Positions 48,458 to 57,990 of a stretch of DNA of 64,000 nt are shown here, piece by piece. Source of the DNA: Flavobacteriales bacterium UBA6051 (GTDB lineage Bacteria > Bacteroidota > Bacteroidia > Flavobacteriales_D > Crocinitomicaceae). Position 1 is the first letter of the stretch. Each line of letters begins with the position of its first letter. Where the stretch lies: assembly GCA_002427735.1 (NCBI GenBank), contig DIYP01000007.1, forward strand, positions 629,049 to 693,048, written 5' to 3'. The notes under the pieces are model-generated. The model made no database searches. It had not been told where the DNA came from and saw only the letters and a list, made by a program, of their open reading frames with translations. The translations under genes and the position numbers were made by a program.

Positions 48458-48629
48458 ACTTTTGTATTAAACAAGTGTACATAATATAATTATAAATCGC
48501 GATAGATTTTTGTTTTCTTTAACAAAAAGAGTGCCCATTCATCCACACAGCACTAGGTCCTTTAAAGAGCATTAACAATTACCTGTGTATTCATTCCCAA
48601 TTAGACGTCTCTTTCTCGGAAATTATCTC

Positions 48630-48637
48630 TAAATTTG
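48630..48637 (+). promoter_or_regulatory. -7 promoter box TAAATTTG upstream of guaB
   Basis: Exact TAnnTTTG match 30 nt upstream of the ATG at 48668. No clean -33 TTG is present. Confidence 0.35.
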
Positions 48638-48667
48638 CAGGAATTTATTTCTAAAATAGGTTCACAC

Positions 48668-50140
48668 ATGTCTCTTTCAAATCTTACCCAAATCAAAGAA
48701 GGACTTACTTACGATGATGTCCTTTTAGTCCCCGCCTACTCCGAAGTACTTCCACACGAAGTTCAATTAAAAAGTAAAATCACGAGAAACATTGAAGTTA
48801 ATACTCCGATTGTTTCAGCGGCCATGGATACGGTTACAGAAGCCAATCTTGCCATTGCCATTGCCCAACAAGGGGGAATTGGTGTGATTCACAAAAATAT
48901 GTCGATCGCCTCACAAGCTTTACAAGTAAGAAAAGTTAAACGTTCTGAAAGTGGGATGATTCTCGATCCGGTAACGTTGTCGCGTGATGCAATTGTTTCG
49001 GATGCACTCAACCTCATGAGAGAGAATAAAATTGGAGGAATTCCTGTCATCGATGGTGATAAAAAGCTTTTGGGAATTGTTACTAACCGAGATTTACGCT
49101 TCGAAAAGAATCAAAATCGCCCGATTGTTGAAGTAATGACTTCCGAAAACATCGTAACAACATCGGAAAACACCGATTTGGCAACAGCAGAACAGATTCT
49201 TCAGGCAAATAAAATTGAAAAACTACCTGTAGTTGATCAGGATAATACACTCATTGGACTAATTACCTTTAGAGATATCATCAAGGTAAAAGAACACCCA
49301 AATTCGTGTAAAGATTCGTATGGCCGCTTACGTGTAGCAGCAGCTCTTGGGGTTACACACGATACGATGGAAAGAGCAGATGCCTTAGTTGATGCCGGAG
49401 TTGATGCAGTCGTTATTGATACCGCACATGGACACACGCAAGGAGTTATAGTAAAACTGAAAGAAGTAAAGGCGAAATATCCTGACCTTGATGTGATTGT
49501 TGGAAATATTGCTACTCCTGAAGCGGCTAAGTTTTTGGTAGATGCTGGAGCTGATGCCGTTAAAGTTGGTATAGGACCAGGATCTATATGTACTACCCGA
49601 ATCATCGCCGGTGTTGGTGTACCACAATTAACAGCCGTGAATGATGTAGCCATGGCATTAGAAGGAACCGGGGTTCCGGTAATTGCGGATGGAGGTATCA
49701 GATATACCGGTGATATCGTTAAGGCAATTGCCGCTGGAGCAGATACTGTAATGGTTGGTTCGATGTTTGCAGGTGTAGAAGAATCTCCTGGAGAAACAAT
49801 TATCTATCAGGGAAGAAAATTTAAAACATACCGCGGAATGGGATCATTGGAAGCAATGCAAAAAGGATCAAAAGATCGCTACTTCCAAGCAGATGAGGAC
49901 GATGCTAAAAAACTGGTACCGGAGGGAATTTCTGGCCGAGTTCCTTTCAAAGGGAAATTGAATGAAGTGATGTATCAAATCATTGGAGGGTTAAGATCTG
50001 GAATGGGTTACTGTGGTGCTGGAGAGATCTCCAAGCTTCAAGGAGCTAAGTTCGTGCGCATTACAAGTGCCGGAGTTCATGAGAGTCATCCACATGATGT
50101 GACCATTACGCGAGAAGCACCAAACTATAGTATAAAATAA
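48668..50140 (+). CDS. guaB: IMP dehydrogenase
   Basis: The ATG at 48668 gives MSLSNLTQIKEGLTYDDVLLVP. A CBS pair follows, then the catalytic loop GIGPGSICTTR and GGIRYTGD. Confidence 0.95.
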   Translation: MSLSNLTQIKEGLTYDDVLLVPAYSEVLPHEVQLKSKITRNIEVNTPIVSAAMDTVTEANLAIAIAQQGGIGVIHKNMSIASQALQVRKVKRSESGMILDPVTLSRDAIVSDALNLMRENKIGGIPVIDGDKKLLGIVTNRDLRFEKNQNRPIVEVMTSENIVTTSENTDLATAEQILQANKIEKLPVVDQDNTLIGLITFRDIIKVKEHPNSCKDSYGRLRVAAALGVTHDTMERADALVDAGVDAVVIDTAHGHTQGVIVKLKEVKAKYPDLDVIVGNIATPEAAKFLVDAGADAVKVGIGPGSICTTRIIAGVGVPQLTAVNDVAMALEGTGVPVIADGGIRYTGDIVKAIAAGADTVMVGSMFAGVEESPGETIIYQGRKFKTYRGMGSLEAMQKGSKDRYFQADEDDAKKLVPEGISGRVPFKGKLNEVMYQIIGGLRSGMGYCGAGEISKLQGAKFVRITSAGVHESHPHDVTITREAPNYSIK

Positions 50141-50200
50141 TTCGTTACGGTGTAGAAATTGTTTGTTTAACGTATATTTGACAGCCTTAAAAAAAACAGA

Positions 50201-52153
50201 ATGATGAATAAATTAACTGTATTTGCAATTACACTCTTTTTGGGATTGAACGTGTTCGGACAGAAAGATCCAGTGATCATGACCATCAATGACAATGCTA
50301 TTACAAAATCAGAATTTCTTCAAATTTATCTTAAGAACAATAACGATCCTAAGTACGACAAAGCATCACTTGATGAGTACATGGAATTGTTCAAGAAGTT
50401 TAAGCTAAAGGTAGCTGAGGCAGAAGCATTGGGATATGATACAATTCCTAATCTGGTAAAAGAACTAAACGGTTATCGCAAGCAATTAGCACTCCCCTAT
50501 CTTGTCGATTCAGTAAAAAATCAATCACTGGTTCGTGAAGCGTACGATCGAACGAAGAATGAAGTTCGTGCCGCACACATCATGTTGAAAATTCCACGCG
50601 ATGCAAGCCCAGCTGATACGCTTCGACTGTATGAGCGTTTAATGGATATGAAAAAACGTATTGAGGCAGGAGAAGATTTTGCAATCATTGCTAAGGCTCA
50701 ATCAGAAGATCCTTCTGCTGCTCAAAATGGCGGAGATCTTGGATATTTTACGGCTTTCCAAATGGTTTACCCGTTCGAGGAGATGGCCTACACTACTCCT
50801 ATTGGTTCCGTTTCGAATCCTTTTAGAACGCGTTTTGGTTATCATATTTTGAAGGTAGCCGACAAGCGTGAAGCACGCGGAACAATTGAGACTGCTCATA
50901 TCATGGTCGCTGTTGATAAAAATGCTGGTAGCGAAGGTATCAATGCTGGAAAAGCAAAAATTGATGAGATTTACGGACTATTGCAAGGTGGAGAAAACTT
51001 TGAAGCACTCGTTGAAAAATTCTCTGATGATCCAACCTCGAATAAGAAGAAAGGAATTCTTCCTGCCTTTGGAACTGGAACTACAACTCGAATGGTTCCT
51101 GCATTTGAAGAAGCAGCGTTCAATTTGAAGAATGACGGTGACTACAGTAAACCAGTTAGAACGAATTATGGTTTCCACATTGTAAAACGACTTTCTCTTC
51201 AACCTGTTCCTTCTTTTGAAGAAATGGAGTCTGGACTTAAGAAAAAGGTTTCGAAGGACGAGCGTTCTAAGACGACACAAGATTCTTTTGTGGCTAAACT
51301 TAAAGATGAATACGGCTTTGCTGACCGAAGTAAGAAAGGTTTGAAGTGGTTCTATGAGAACATGGACTCAACGTATTTCGCAGGTAAATTTGATCCTTCT
51401 GCGGCTCCTTCTGATCGTCCGCTTTTTGTTTTGGACGGTAAAGACTTTACGCAGCAAGAATTCGCTTTGTTCCTCAAGAAAAACTACAGAGGTGTTCGTA
51501 AGAACTCAATGAATATGGTTGTTGATGAGCAGTACAAGCGTTGGATGAAAAAAGCGATTCTCGAATATGAAGAATCAAAACTTATTGACAAATATCCAGC
51601 ATTTAAAGCCCTTGTAACTGAATATCATGATGGTATCTTACTTTATGAAGTAATGTCCGACATGGTTTGGAATAAGGCAATGAAAGACACTGTTGGCTTG
51701 AAAGCTTTCTATGAGGAGAATAAGGCAAATTATATGTGGGGACACCGCATTGATGCAGATATTTACGAGTGTTATAATAAGAATTCAGCAAACAAAGCAT
51801 TCAAGCTTCTTAAGAATGATACAATTCGACCTGTGAACGTTGTTAAAGAAATCAATGGAGACTCTGAGCTAAACATCCGCCACAGAAACGGGAAATTTGA
51901 TACTGAAAAGACGAATTATCTTGTTGGACAATCAATAGAAACAGGATTGAATCAACCGTTTGAAGTAGATGGTAAATTCTACGTAATCCTTGTTAAAGAG
52001 AAGTTGTCTCCTGCTCAGAAAGAGTTTGACGAGGCCAAAGGTGCAATTACCTCTGATTACCAAAATCACCTTGAGAAAAACTGGTTAATGGAACTTGATA
52101 AAAAACACAAAGTGACCATCAACTCTGAAGAACTCTACGCAGTTGGCAAATAA
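50201..52153 (+). CDS. Periplasmic peptidyl-prolyl isomerase (parvulin-type, PpiD/SurA-like)
   Basis: It has a signal peptide and two parvulin domains (GGDLGYF...FE, T.FGYHILKV and a second FGFHIVK). Confidence 0.85.
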   Translation: MMNKLTVFAITLFLGLNVFGQKDPVIMTINDNAITKSEFLQIYLKNNNDPKYDKASLDEYMELFKKFKLKVAEAEALGYDTIPNLVKELNGYRKQLALPYLVDSVKNQSLVREAYDRTKNEVRAAHIMLKIPRDASPADTLRLYERLMDMKKRIEAGEDFAIIAKAQSEDPSAAQNGGDLGYFTAFQMVYPFEEMAYTTPIGSVSNPFRTRFGYHILKVADKREARGTIETAHIMVAVDKNAGSEGINAGKAKIDEIYGLLQGGENFEALVEKFSDDPTSNKKKGILPAFGTGTTTRMVPAFEEAAFNLKNDGDYSKPVRTNYGFHIVKRLSLQPVPSFEEMESGLKKKVSKDERSKTTQDSFVAKLKDEYGFADRSKKGLKWFYENMDSTYFAGKFDPSAAPSDRPLFVLDGKDFTQQEFALFLKKNYRGVRKNSMNMVVDEQYKRWMKKAILEYEESKLIDKYPAFKALVTEYHDGILLYEVMSDMVWNKAMKDTVGLKAFYEENKANYMWGHRIDADIYECYNKNSANKAFKLLKNDTIRPVNVVKEINGDSELNIRHRNGKFDTEKTNYLVGQSIETGLNQPFEVDGKFYVILVKEKLSPAQKEFDEAKGAITSDYQNHLEKNWLMELDKKHKVTINSEELYAVGK

Positions 52154-53009
52154 TTGGAACATATATTTAATTCGGGCTGGCATTTTTGCCAGCCTGTTTT
52201 GTTTTGGTCTGCTCACAAGTTGTTCTAACAAGGGAAAGGTAATTGCGAAGGTAAATGACACCGAGCTTCTCGAAGACGAAGCGTATATCCTGATGAAACA
52301 CTTGGGTATTAATCCCGACGACGCCGATGCCTACCGATCTTTTGTTGAAGAATGGTGCGAAAATGAAGCGCTAAAGACTGAAATGAAATCTGAACACCCT
52401 AATGAATGGGAACTAGTTCGATTAAGATCGGAATCCTTCGCTGGAGATCTTTCCAGGATTTTTCTTGAAGAAACAGCATTGCTGAAAGATCTTGATACCA
52501 TTGTTGACAACCAAGAAATTTTGGATTACTACGAATCCCATAAGGCGGAATTCGTCTTGCATGATTACATCGTAAAAGCACTGTACCTTAAAATCCCTGC
52601 AGGACTCGACTTTAAGTCCGAAGAAGTTCACACTAGTTACCTGTTAAAAAATGATAAAGATCTAATGAAAGTGGATTCTTATGCTAAACTTTATGCTCAG
52701 AATTATCACTTCAATGATTCGTCATGGGTATATTTCAATGATTTGGCGAAAGATATCCCAGTGACAAAATACAACGTGGATAATCTCGTATTAAATAGAA
52801 CGAAAACATATTTTTCTGATGAGAACTTCACCTACTTCATCAATATTATTGATTATAAACTAAAAGATGAAGCTCCACCAGTTGATTTCCTGCAAAATGA
52901 GATCAAAAATATAATTGTTGCGAATCGCCTTCAGGAATTGAAAGAAAAGAACGAATCGAAAATGATTCAGCGAATAAAAAAGAAACATGAAATTATTATC
53001 AATATTTAG
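52143..53009 (+). CDS. Lipoprotein, SurA-N-like chaperone-type protein (unknown function)
   Basis: It has a lipobox (LLTSC). No in-frame ATG is available near the 5' end, so a TTG at 52143 (11-nt overlap with the upstream gene) or another non-ATG start is needed. Confidence 0.55.
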   Translation: MANNWNIYLIRAGIFASLFCFGLLTSCSNKGKVIAKVNDTELLEDEAYILMKHLGINPDDADAYRSFVEEWCENEALKTEMKSEHPNEWELVRLRSESFAGDLSRIFLEETALLKDLDTIVDNQEILDYYESHKAEFVLHDYIVKALYLKIPAGLDFKSEEVHTSYLLKNDKDLMKVDSYAKLYAQNYHFNDSSWVYFNDLAKDIPVTKYNVDNLVLNRTKTYFSDENFTYFINIIDYKLKDEAPPVDFLQNEIKNIIVANRLQELKEKNESKMIQRIKKKHEIIINI

Positions 53010-54333
53010 TTTTGTCGTACTTGCACTATCTCAAGTAAATGCTCAACCGAAAACAATCGACAAAGTTGTAGCTCAGGTGGGCGATAATATTGTTCTCCTC
53101 TCTGATATTCAAGCGCAGAAAATACAGGCCCTTCAAGCTGGTGTCACGGTAACTCCAGAATTGGACTGTCGTATTGTCGAAGATTTAATGTATCAATACC
53201 TTTTGTTGAATCAGGCACGTATAGATAGTATCGAGGTGCTAGATGGGCAGGTAGATGCTGAAATGGAAAATAGACTTCGCGTCATTGAAAACCAGATCGG
53301 AAGCCGCCAAAAAATGGAAGAGTTTTACGGAAAGACGACTACTCAAATCAAGCAAGAGTTTCGTCCAATCATCCGTGATCAATTACTCTCACAAGAAATG
53401 GAGCGTACAATTACTTCAGAAGTGTCAGTTACACCAAGAGAAGTTCAAAAGTTCTATAAAAAACTCCCTATTGACAGTATCCCATTAATCAATGCTCAAT
53501 TGAGTTTCCAGCAAATAGTTGTCTACCCTGATGTAACTGAAAGGGATAAACAAAATGCAAAGGATAAGTTGCAAGAAATTCGTAATAAAATCATCCGTGA
53601 AGGAAAATCGTTCTCTACACAGGCAAGAATCCACTCGATGGACCCAGGAAGCGCTGCTCTGGGTGGTGAAATTACAGCTACTCGCGGAATGATGGTGCCT
53701 CCATTTGAAGCAGCTGTATTTAACTTAGAAGCAGGTGATGTTTCTGACGTTTTTGAAACAGATTACGGGTATCACATTGTGAAACTAGTTGACCGTAAAG
53801 GTGATAATTACACTTGTCGTCATATTCTTATCGTTCCGGAATTTAGCAACACTGCACTCGAATCTGCAGCATTGCAACTAGACTCTTGCTATCAAAAGCT
53901 AAAGAATGGAGAAATGACTTGGGAAGACGCCGTTATTAAGTATTCCAATGATGATGCTACACGAAGAAATAAAGGGATCATTACGAACCCAATTACGGGC
54001 GATCAAATGTGGGACATGGAAGACTTAAATCAGGTTGACCAGCAGATTTACTTGTTAACGGATGCCATGGAGGAAGGAGATATTTCACAACCAAACCTTT
54101 ACATGAATATGTTTGAACGAAAGCAAGGTGTTCGAATCGTTCGGTTGATGAAACGAACAAAACCGCACAGAGCAAATCTTGATGATGACTATGCATTGAT
54201 AAAACGTGCAGCGGAAAATGAAAAAAAGCAGGAAATCATTAAGAACTGGACTAATTCGAACATCAAAAGAACCTTCATCCGTATTGATGAAGACTTCAAA
54301 GATTGTGATTTCATCAACGATTGGATTGAATAA
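52987..54333 (+). CDS. Peptidyl-prolyl isomerase, SurA-like
   Basis: It has a signal peptide, a SurA N-terminal-like domain (IDKVVAQVGDNIVLLSDI) and a parvulin domain (GGEI...PFE, T.YGYHIVKL). Confidence 0.85.
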   Translation: MKLLSIFSFVVLALSQVNAQPKTIDKVVAQVGDNIVLLSDIQAQKIQALQAGVTVTPELDCRIVEDLMYQYLLLNQARIDSIEVLDGQVDAEMENRLRVIENQIGSRQKMEEFYGKTTTQIKQEFRPIIRDQLLSQEMERTITSEVSVTPREVQKFYKKLPIDSIPLINAQLSFQQIVVYPDVTERDKQNAKDKLQEIRNKIIREGKSFSTQARIHSMDPGSAALGGEITATRGMMVPPFEAAVFNLEAGDVSDVFETDYGYHIVKLVDRKGDNYTCRHILIVPEFSNTALESAALQLDSCYQKLKNGEMTWEDAVIKYSNDDATRRNKGIITNPITGDQMWDMEDLNQVDQQIYLLTDAMEEGDISQPNLYMNMFERKQGVRIVRLMKRTKPHRANLDDDYALIKRAAENEKKQEIIKNWTNSNIKRTFIRIDEDFKDCDFINDWIE

Positions 54334-54436
54334 CAATAACCAAACGCTTACATCCGTAGATCCAAATTAATGCGATTAGTTATTTAGAGCGGAGTTTGTC
54401 TTGCCAAAATTCTTTTTCGTTACCTCTAATACCCGT

Positions 54437-54519
54437 ATCAAAACCTAGCGGGGTCACTTCCCGTTCCCAAATCAAAACCTAGCGGGGTCACTTCCCGTTC
54501 CCAAATCAAAACCTAGCGG
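54437..54519. repeat. Perfect 34-bp tandem direct repeat, 2.4 copies
   Basis: The unit is ATCAAAACCTAGCGGGGTCACTTCCCGTTCCCAA. Copies at 54437-54470 and 54471-54504 are identical. A third copy is truncated after 15 nt (54505-54519) and runs into TTTTT. Confidence 0.9.
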
Positions 54520-54556
54520 TTTTTCTTATATTTATCCATCTAAATTAGTGTAGCCA

Positions 54557-55510
54557 ATGTCAGATAAAGAAAGCATAGATCAACTCGTTCAGCAATATCA
54601 AGGATTAAAAACTGAAATTCATAAAGTTATCGTTGGACAAGATGATGTGGTAGATCAAGTATTGATTTCTATTTTTTCCCGGGGTCACTGTCTTTTAGTT
54701 GGTGTTCCCGGTCTGGCAAAAACACTTCTGGTAAATACAATTTCAGATTGTTTAGGCCTAAGCTTTAACCGCGTTCAGTTCACACCTGACCTGATGCCTT
54801 CTGACATTGTAGGTGCTGAGATATTGGATGAAAACAGAAATTTTAAGTTTTTAAAGGGGCCTCTTTTCTCGAACATTGTTCTTGCGGATGAGATCAACCG
54901 TACTCCTCCCAAAACGCAATCAGCCTTACTCGAGGCTATGCAGGAGCGCAAGGTAACAGCGGCCGGGACAACCTATGACCTCCCAGCTCCATTTTTTGTT
55001 TTAGCAACACAAAACCCTATTGAACAAGAAGGGACATACCCTCTTCCTGAAGCACAATTGGACCGCTTTATGTTTAATATTTGGGTGGATTATCCAACGT
55101 ATGCGGAAGAACTTGCCATTGTTAAAGCAACAACTGCGGACCAAAGAGTGGAATTAAGGCAAATGCTAACTGGTGAAGAAATCCTGAAGTATCAAGAATT
55201 AATTCGTCGAATTCCAGTAGCTGACAACGTACTGGAATATGCGGTTAAACTTGTTGGAAAAACACGAATCGGAAGTGAAAGTGCTCCCAAGATTACGCAA
55301 GATTTTATCACATGGGGTGCCGGACCAAGAGCTTCTCAGTATCTAATAATTGGTGCTAAGTGTCACGCCGCTCTTAATGGGAAGTACTCTCCGGATATTG
55401 AAGACGTAAAAGCGGTTGCTAAGCCAATCTTACGCCATCGCTTAGTTCGTAACTACAGAGCTGAAGCTGAAGGATACTCAATGGATAAAATTATTGATGA
55501 ACTCTTGTAA
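54557..55510 (+). CDS. MoxR-family AAA+ ATPase
   Basis: Walker A GVPGLAKT, Walker B LADEINR, RTPPKTQSALLEAM..., ATQNP.E.EGTYPLPEAQLDRF. Confidence 0.9.
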   Translation: MSDKESIDQLVQQYQGLKTEIHKVIVGQDDVVDQVLISIFSRGHCLLVGVPGLAKTLLVNTISDCLGLSFNRVQFTPDLMPSDIVGAEILDENRNFKFLKGPLFSNIVLADEINRTPPKTQSALLEAMQERKVTAAGTTYDLPAPFFVLATQNPIEQEGTYPLPEAQLDRFMFNIWVDYPTYAEELAIVKATTADQRVELRQMLTGEEILKYQELIRRIPVADNVLEYAVKLVGKTRIGSESAPKITQDFITWGAGPRASQYLIIGAKCHAALNGKYSPDIEDVKAVAKPILRHRLVRNYRAEAEGYSMDKIIDELL

Positions 55511-55543
55511 AGTGCTTTGAACTCGCACCTCTTCTATTGAATC

Positions 55544-56728
55544 ATGGCTAAAAAAAGGAAAAAGCGAGTTAAGATTATTCTTTACATTCTCGTTGTCTTT
55601 CTTTTTCAAGAAGTGGTTATACGCTATTGTTATCCTCTTCCCGAACTTTCTAATTTTGACAGAATCAACTACATGGTCTTGAATCCTCAAGGCAAAAAGT
55701 ACTTTCATTTTAGAAATAGTAACTGGTATTGGCATTCAACATTGGATACGGTAGCTCAATTCGAGCATCGACTCAATATGTATGGTTTTCGCGACAAAGA
55801 ATGGAGTATTGAGAAAATGCCCGGAACTAAACGAGTGTTCTTTATTGGAGACAGCTTCGTGGAGGGAATCATGGCGAAGCAAAATGAAACGATACCAACC
55901 GCATTCAGTCAAGCTTCAGGAGAAGACAATTACGAGGTTTTCAATTGCGGTATCGCAGGGGTTGGCCTGGACGCATATGTACAATTCATGGCAGATGCAA
56001 TTCCCGTATATAAACCGGATATTGTATTCCTCTGTATCTATGCAAATGATTTAAGTCCAAAATCTGCTCCAAGACAACCTGTCGATAAAGAACTAATCAA
56101 TTATCCCATGATGCGACCTCGTTTTCTTGAAGTCCACAAACAGTCTAAAACAAACGGTGACCTCAGAGCCTTATGGAGCGATGAGACCAGCAAACCATTT
56201 TTTCAGCCTTGTCCAGATAATGGAAACCCTTGGACAAATAGGGAAGATGAATTGAAGCAACTCATCGATAGAGAAATGGCGCAAACCATCATTGATGGTA
56301 ATTTAAGTCCTTATCGTGCTGGAGGGTTTCTGCATGAAATAGAGAACTTAAACCAGCCTCCTGCCTTGGGAACGATGCTTCCTTATCTCAAAGAGATATG
56401 CAGAAACAATGGTGCCGAGCCTATAGTAGTTTACATTCCCTCACGCAATCAGGTTACCGACTATTATCATCCTTATGAGCAAGCGTTGAGTAACATCCAT
56501 GATTCACTAACTCCTGATCTAACCAGTGAAGCGTATCAACTTCACCAACGCGTACTCTCTTATCAGTGCCAGGATTTCGGTATTCATTTCATCGATCTGA
56601 CAGGCGTTGTAAAAGAAAATGAGACCCGAGGGAATCGCCTTTACTGGAATTATGATGAGCATATGCGCGGTAAGGGCTACCAACTATTGGGTAAAAACAT
56701 TTGGCAACAATGGAACGCTCGAAAGTAG
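55544..56728 (+). CDS. SGNH/GDSL-family hydrolase (membrane-anchored)
   Basis: An N-terminal TM helix is followed by block I FFIGDSFVEG (catalytic Ser). An Asp-x-x-His-like end (YDEHM) lies near the C-terminus. Confidence 0.6.
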   Translation: MAKKRKKRVKIILYILVVFLFQEVVIRYCYPLPELSNFDRINYMVLNPQGKKYFHFRNSNWYWHSTLDTVAQFEHRLNMYGFRDKEWSIEKMPGTKRVFFIGDSFVEGIMAKQNETIPTAFSQASGEDNYEVFNCGIAGVGLDAYVQFMADAIPVYKPDIVFLCIYANDLSPKSAPRQPVDKELINYPMMRPRFLEVHKQSKTNGDLRALWSDETSKPFFQPCPDNGNPWTNREDELKQLIDREMAQTIIDGNLSPYRAGGFLHEIENLNQPPALGTMLPYLKEICRNNGAEPIVVYIPSRNQVTDYYHPYEQALSNIHDSLTPDLTSEAYQLHQRVLSYQCQDFGIHFIDLTGVVKENETRGNRLYWNYDEHMRGKGYQLLGKNIWQQWNARK

Positions 56729-56744
56729 CTGAGATGGGTGAAAA

Positions 56745-56925
56745 ATAAAAAACCCGCATGGTTCTGTTAATTGAAGCCTCAATTAACACGTTTAGGATTA
56801 CTGGAGTGATCTGATATCTGCTGTTTGGTTACCCGCTCTCCGAAGAGTGCAGTCCATCATACTACCCCTGAGGCTCTCCTTAATAATATAGTCCTAAGCT
56901 TCAAATTTACCCATGCGGGACCTTC
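56745..56925 (-). ncRNA. Candidate structured small RNA (identity unknown; alternatively a structured 3' UTR of the MscS gene)
   Basis: Nested helices are 56753-61/56911-19 (9 bp) and 56792-97/56892-97 (6 bp). A perfect 9-bp hairpin is at 56766-74/56779-87. On the minus strand a C(UUCG)G-capped hairpin is at 56835-56850. On that strand the 3' half of the closing helix is followed directly by TTTTTTATTTTT. Boundaries are approximate. Confidence 0.35.
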
Positions 56926-57029
56926 TTACGAAGTAGATTCACAGCCAATCTCCGTTGGTTGAATCGTAGAACTAAAATAAATAAAACTATCGGGTAAATG
57001 CGTCCAAATTGTAAACTAAATCCGAAGAA

Positions 57030-57896
57030 CTAATTATTCTGGTTTTGCTTAAAATCAATCTTTTGATCAACACCTTTGATATGAATGTCTCGCTGGGGAA
57101 ATGGAATGGCAAGATCGTTTTCGGCTAACTTCTTATAAACCATTCTGCGTAAGTCTGACTTTACATTTTCAATAACAAATGTATTCTGCGACCAGAAAAT
57201 CATTTCAAATTCTAAAGCCGATTCACCGAAATTTGTAAATCGAACAAAAGGCTCAGGAGTATTCAAAATACGCTCATTTTCGAACATGGCTTCTTCCAGA
57301 CAAGCAAAGACCTTTTCCACGTCAGAGCCATATGCCACATTTACGTTTACTTCAAACCGAACGCGGTCAGCATCATGTGACCAATTCACGACTTTCTCAA
57401 CAACGAACTTGGAATTAGGAATGATGATCGTTACCTCATCGCGTGTCAAGACCTCCGAGCTTCGTAGGTTTATCTCTATCACCTTACCCACTACTCCATC
57501 CGCTTCAATGATATCACCTACTTTAATCGTACCCTCAAAAAGCAAGAAGATTCCTGATATCAAATCCGTAAATATATTCTGAAAACCTAGACCAATTCCA
57601 ACAAGAAGTGCAGTAGAACCGAAAAGTAAAACGGTTATATCAAATCCTAATACTTTGAGCGTAATTGTGAAACTGAGCAGCCAAACAAGGTACTTCGTGA
57701 TCAAGAAAACAGACAAGCGGCGCTTGCTGTTAATCTTGTCCATAATGAAGCGCGGTTTCATAATAGCACGCTTGGCAGTTGCCACTACCAGCCAAGTAAC
57801 CGTCAATACCAAAAGCGCCCCTAAAATTCCTCCTATGGTTATCTTATGCTGTTCAGAAATCTGGAATCCCTGTGATATGAATTCATCCCACGTCAT
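57030..57896 (-). CDS. Small-conductance mechanosensitive channel (MscS family)
   Basis: Three TM helices are followed by GTIKVGDIIE.DGV.GKV.EI.LRSS...T.D....IIPNSKF, the MscS beta-domain signature. Confidence 0.85.
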   Translation of the reverse strand: MTWDEFISQGFQISEQHKITIGGILGALLVLTVTWLVVATAKRAIMKPRFIMDKINSKRRLSVFLITKYLVWLLSFTITLKVLGFDITVLLFGSTALLVGIGLGFQNIFTDLISGIFLLFEGTIKVGDIIEADGVVGKVIEINLRSSEVLTRDEVTIIIPNSKFVVEKVVNWSHDADRVRFEVNVNVAYGSDVEKVFACLEEAMFENERILNTPEPFVRFTNFGESALEFEMIFWSQNTFVIENVKSDLRRMVYKKLAENDLAIPFPQRDIHIKGVDQKIDFKQNQNN

Positions 57897-57990
57897 AATG
57901 CAAATATGTCAATATTACAGGCGTTTTGAAAGAATTTAACTGAATAATATTCCTTATATTTCGCAAGAATTAATTATTGAAATTTACAGC

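Noticed and set aside
54437-54519. The repeat array as a possible CRISPR locus.
   Set aside because: The 34-bp units are directly adjacent with no spacers. There are only 2.4 copies, and no cas genes are present in the window. It is a tandem duplication, not a CRISPR array.
56815-56860. A plus-strand resemblance of CTGCTGTTTGGTTACCCGC...TCCGAAGAGTGCAG to the SRP (4.5S) RNA domain IV region.
   Set aside because: The flanking strands do not pair as helix 8 requires (ACCC versus GTCC). The tetraloop would be CGAA rather than GNAR. The conserved GGAAGCAGC element is missing. The minus-strand reading (UUCG loop plus U-tract) is more coherent.
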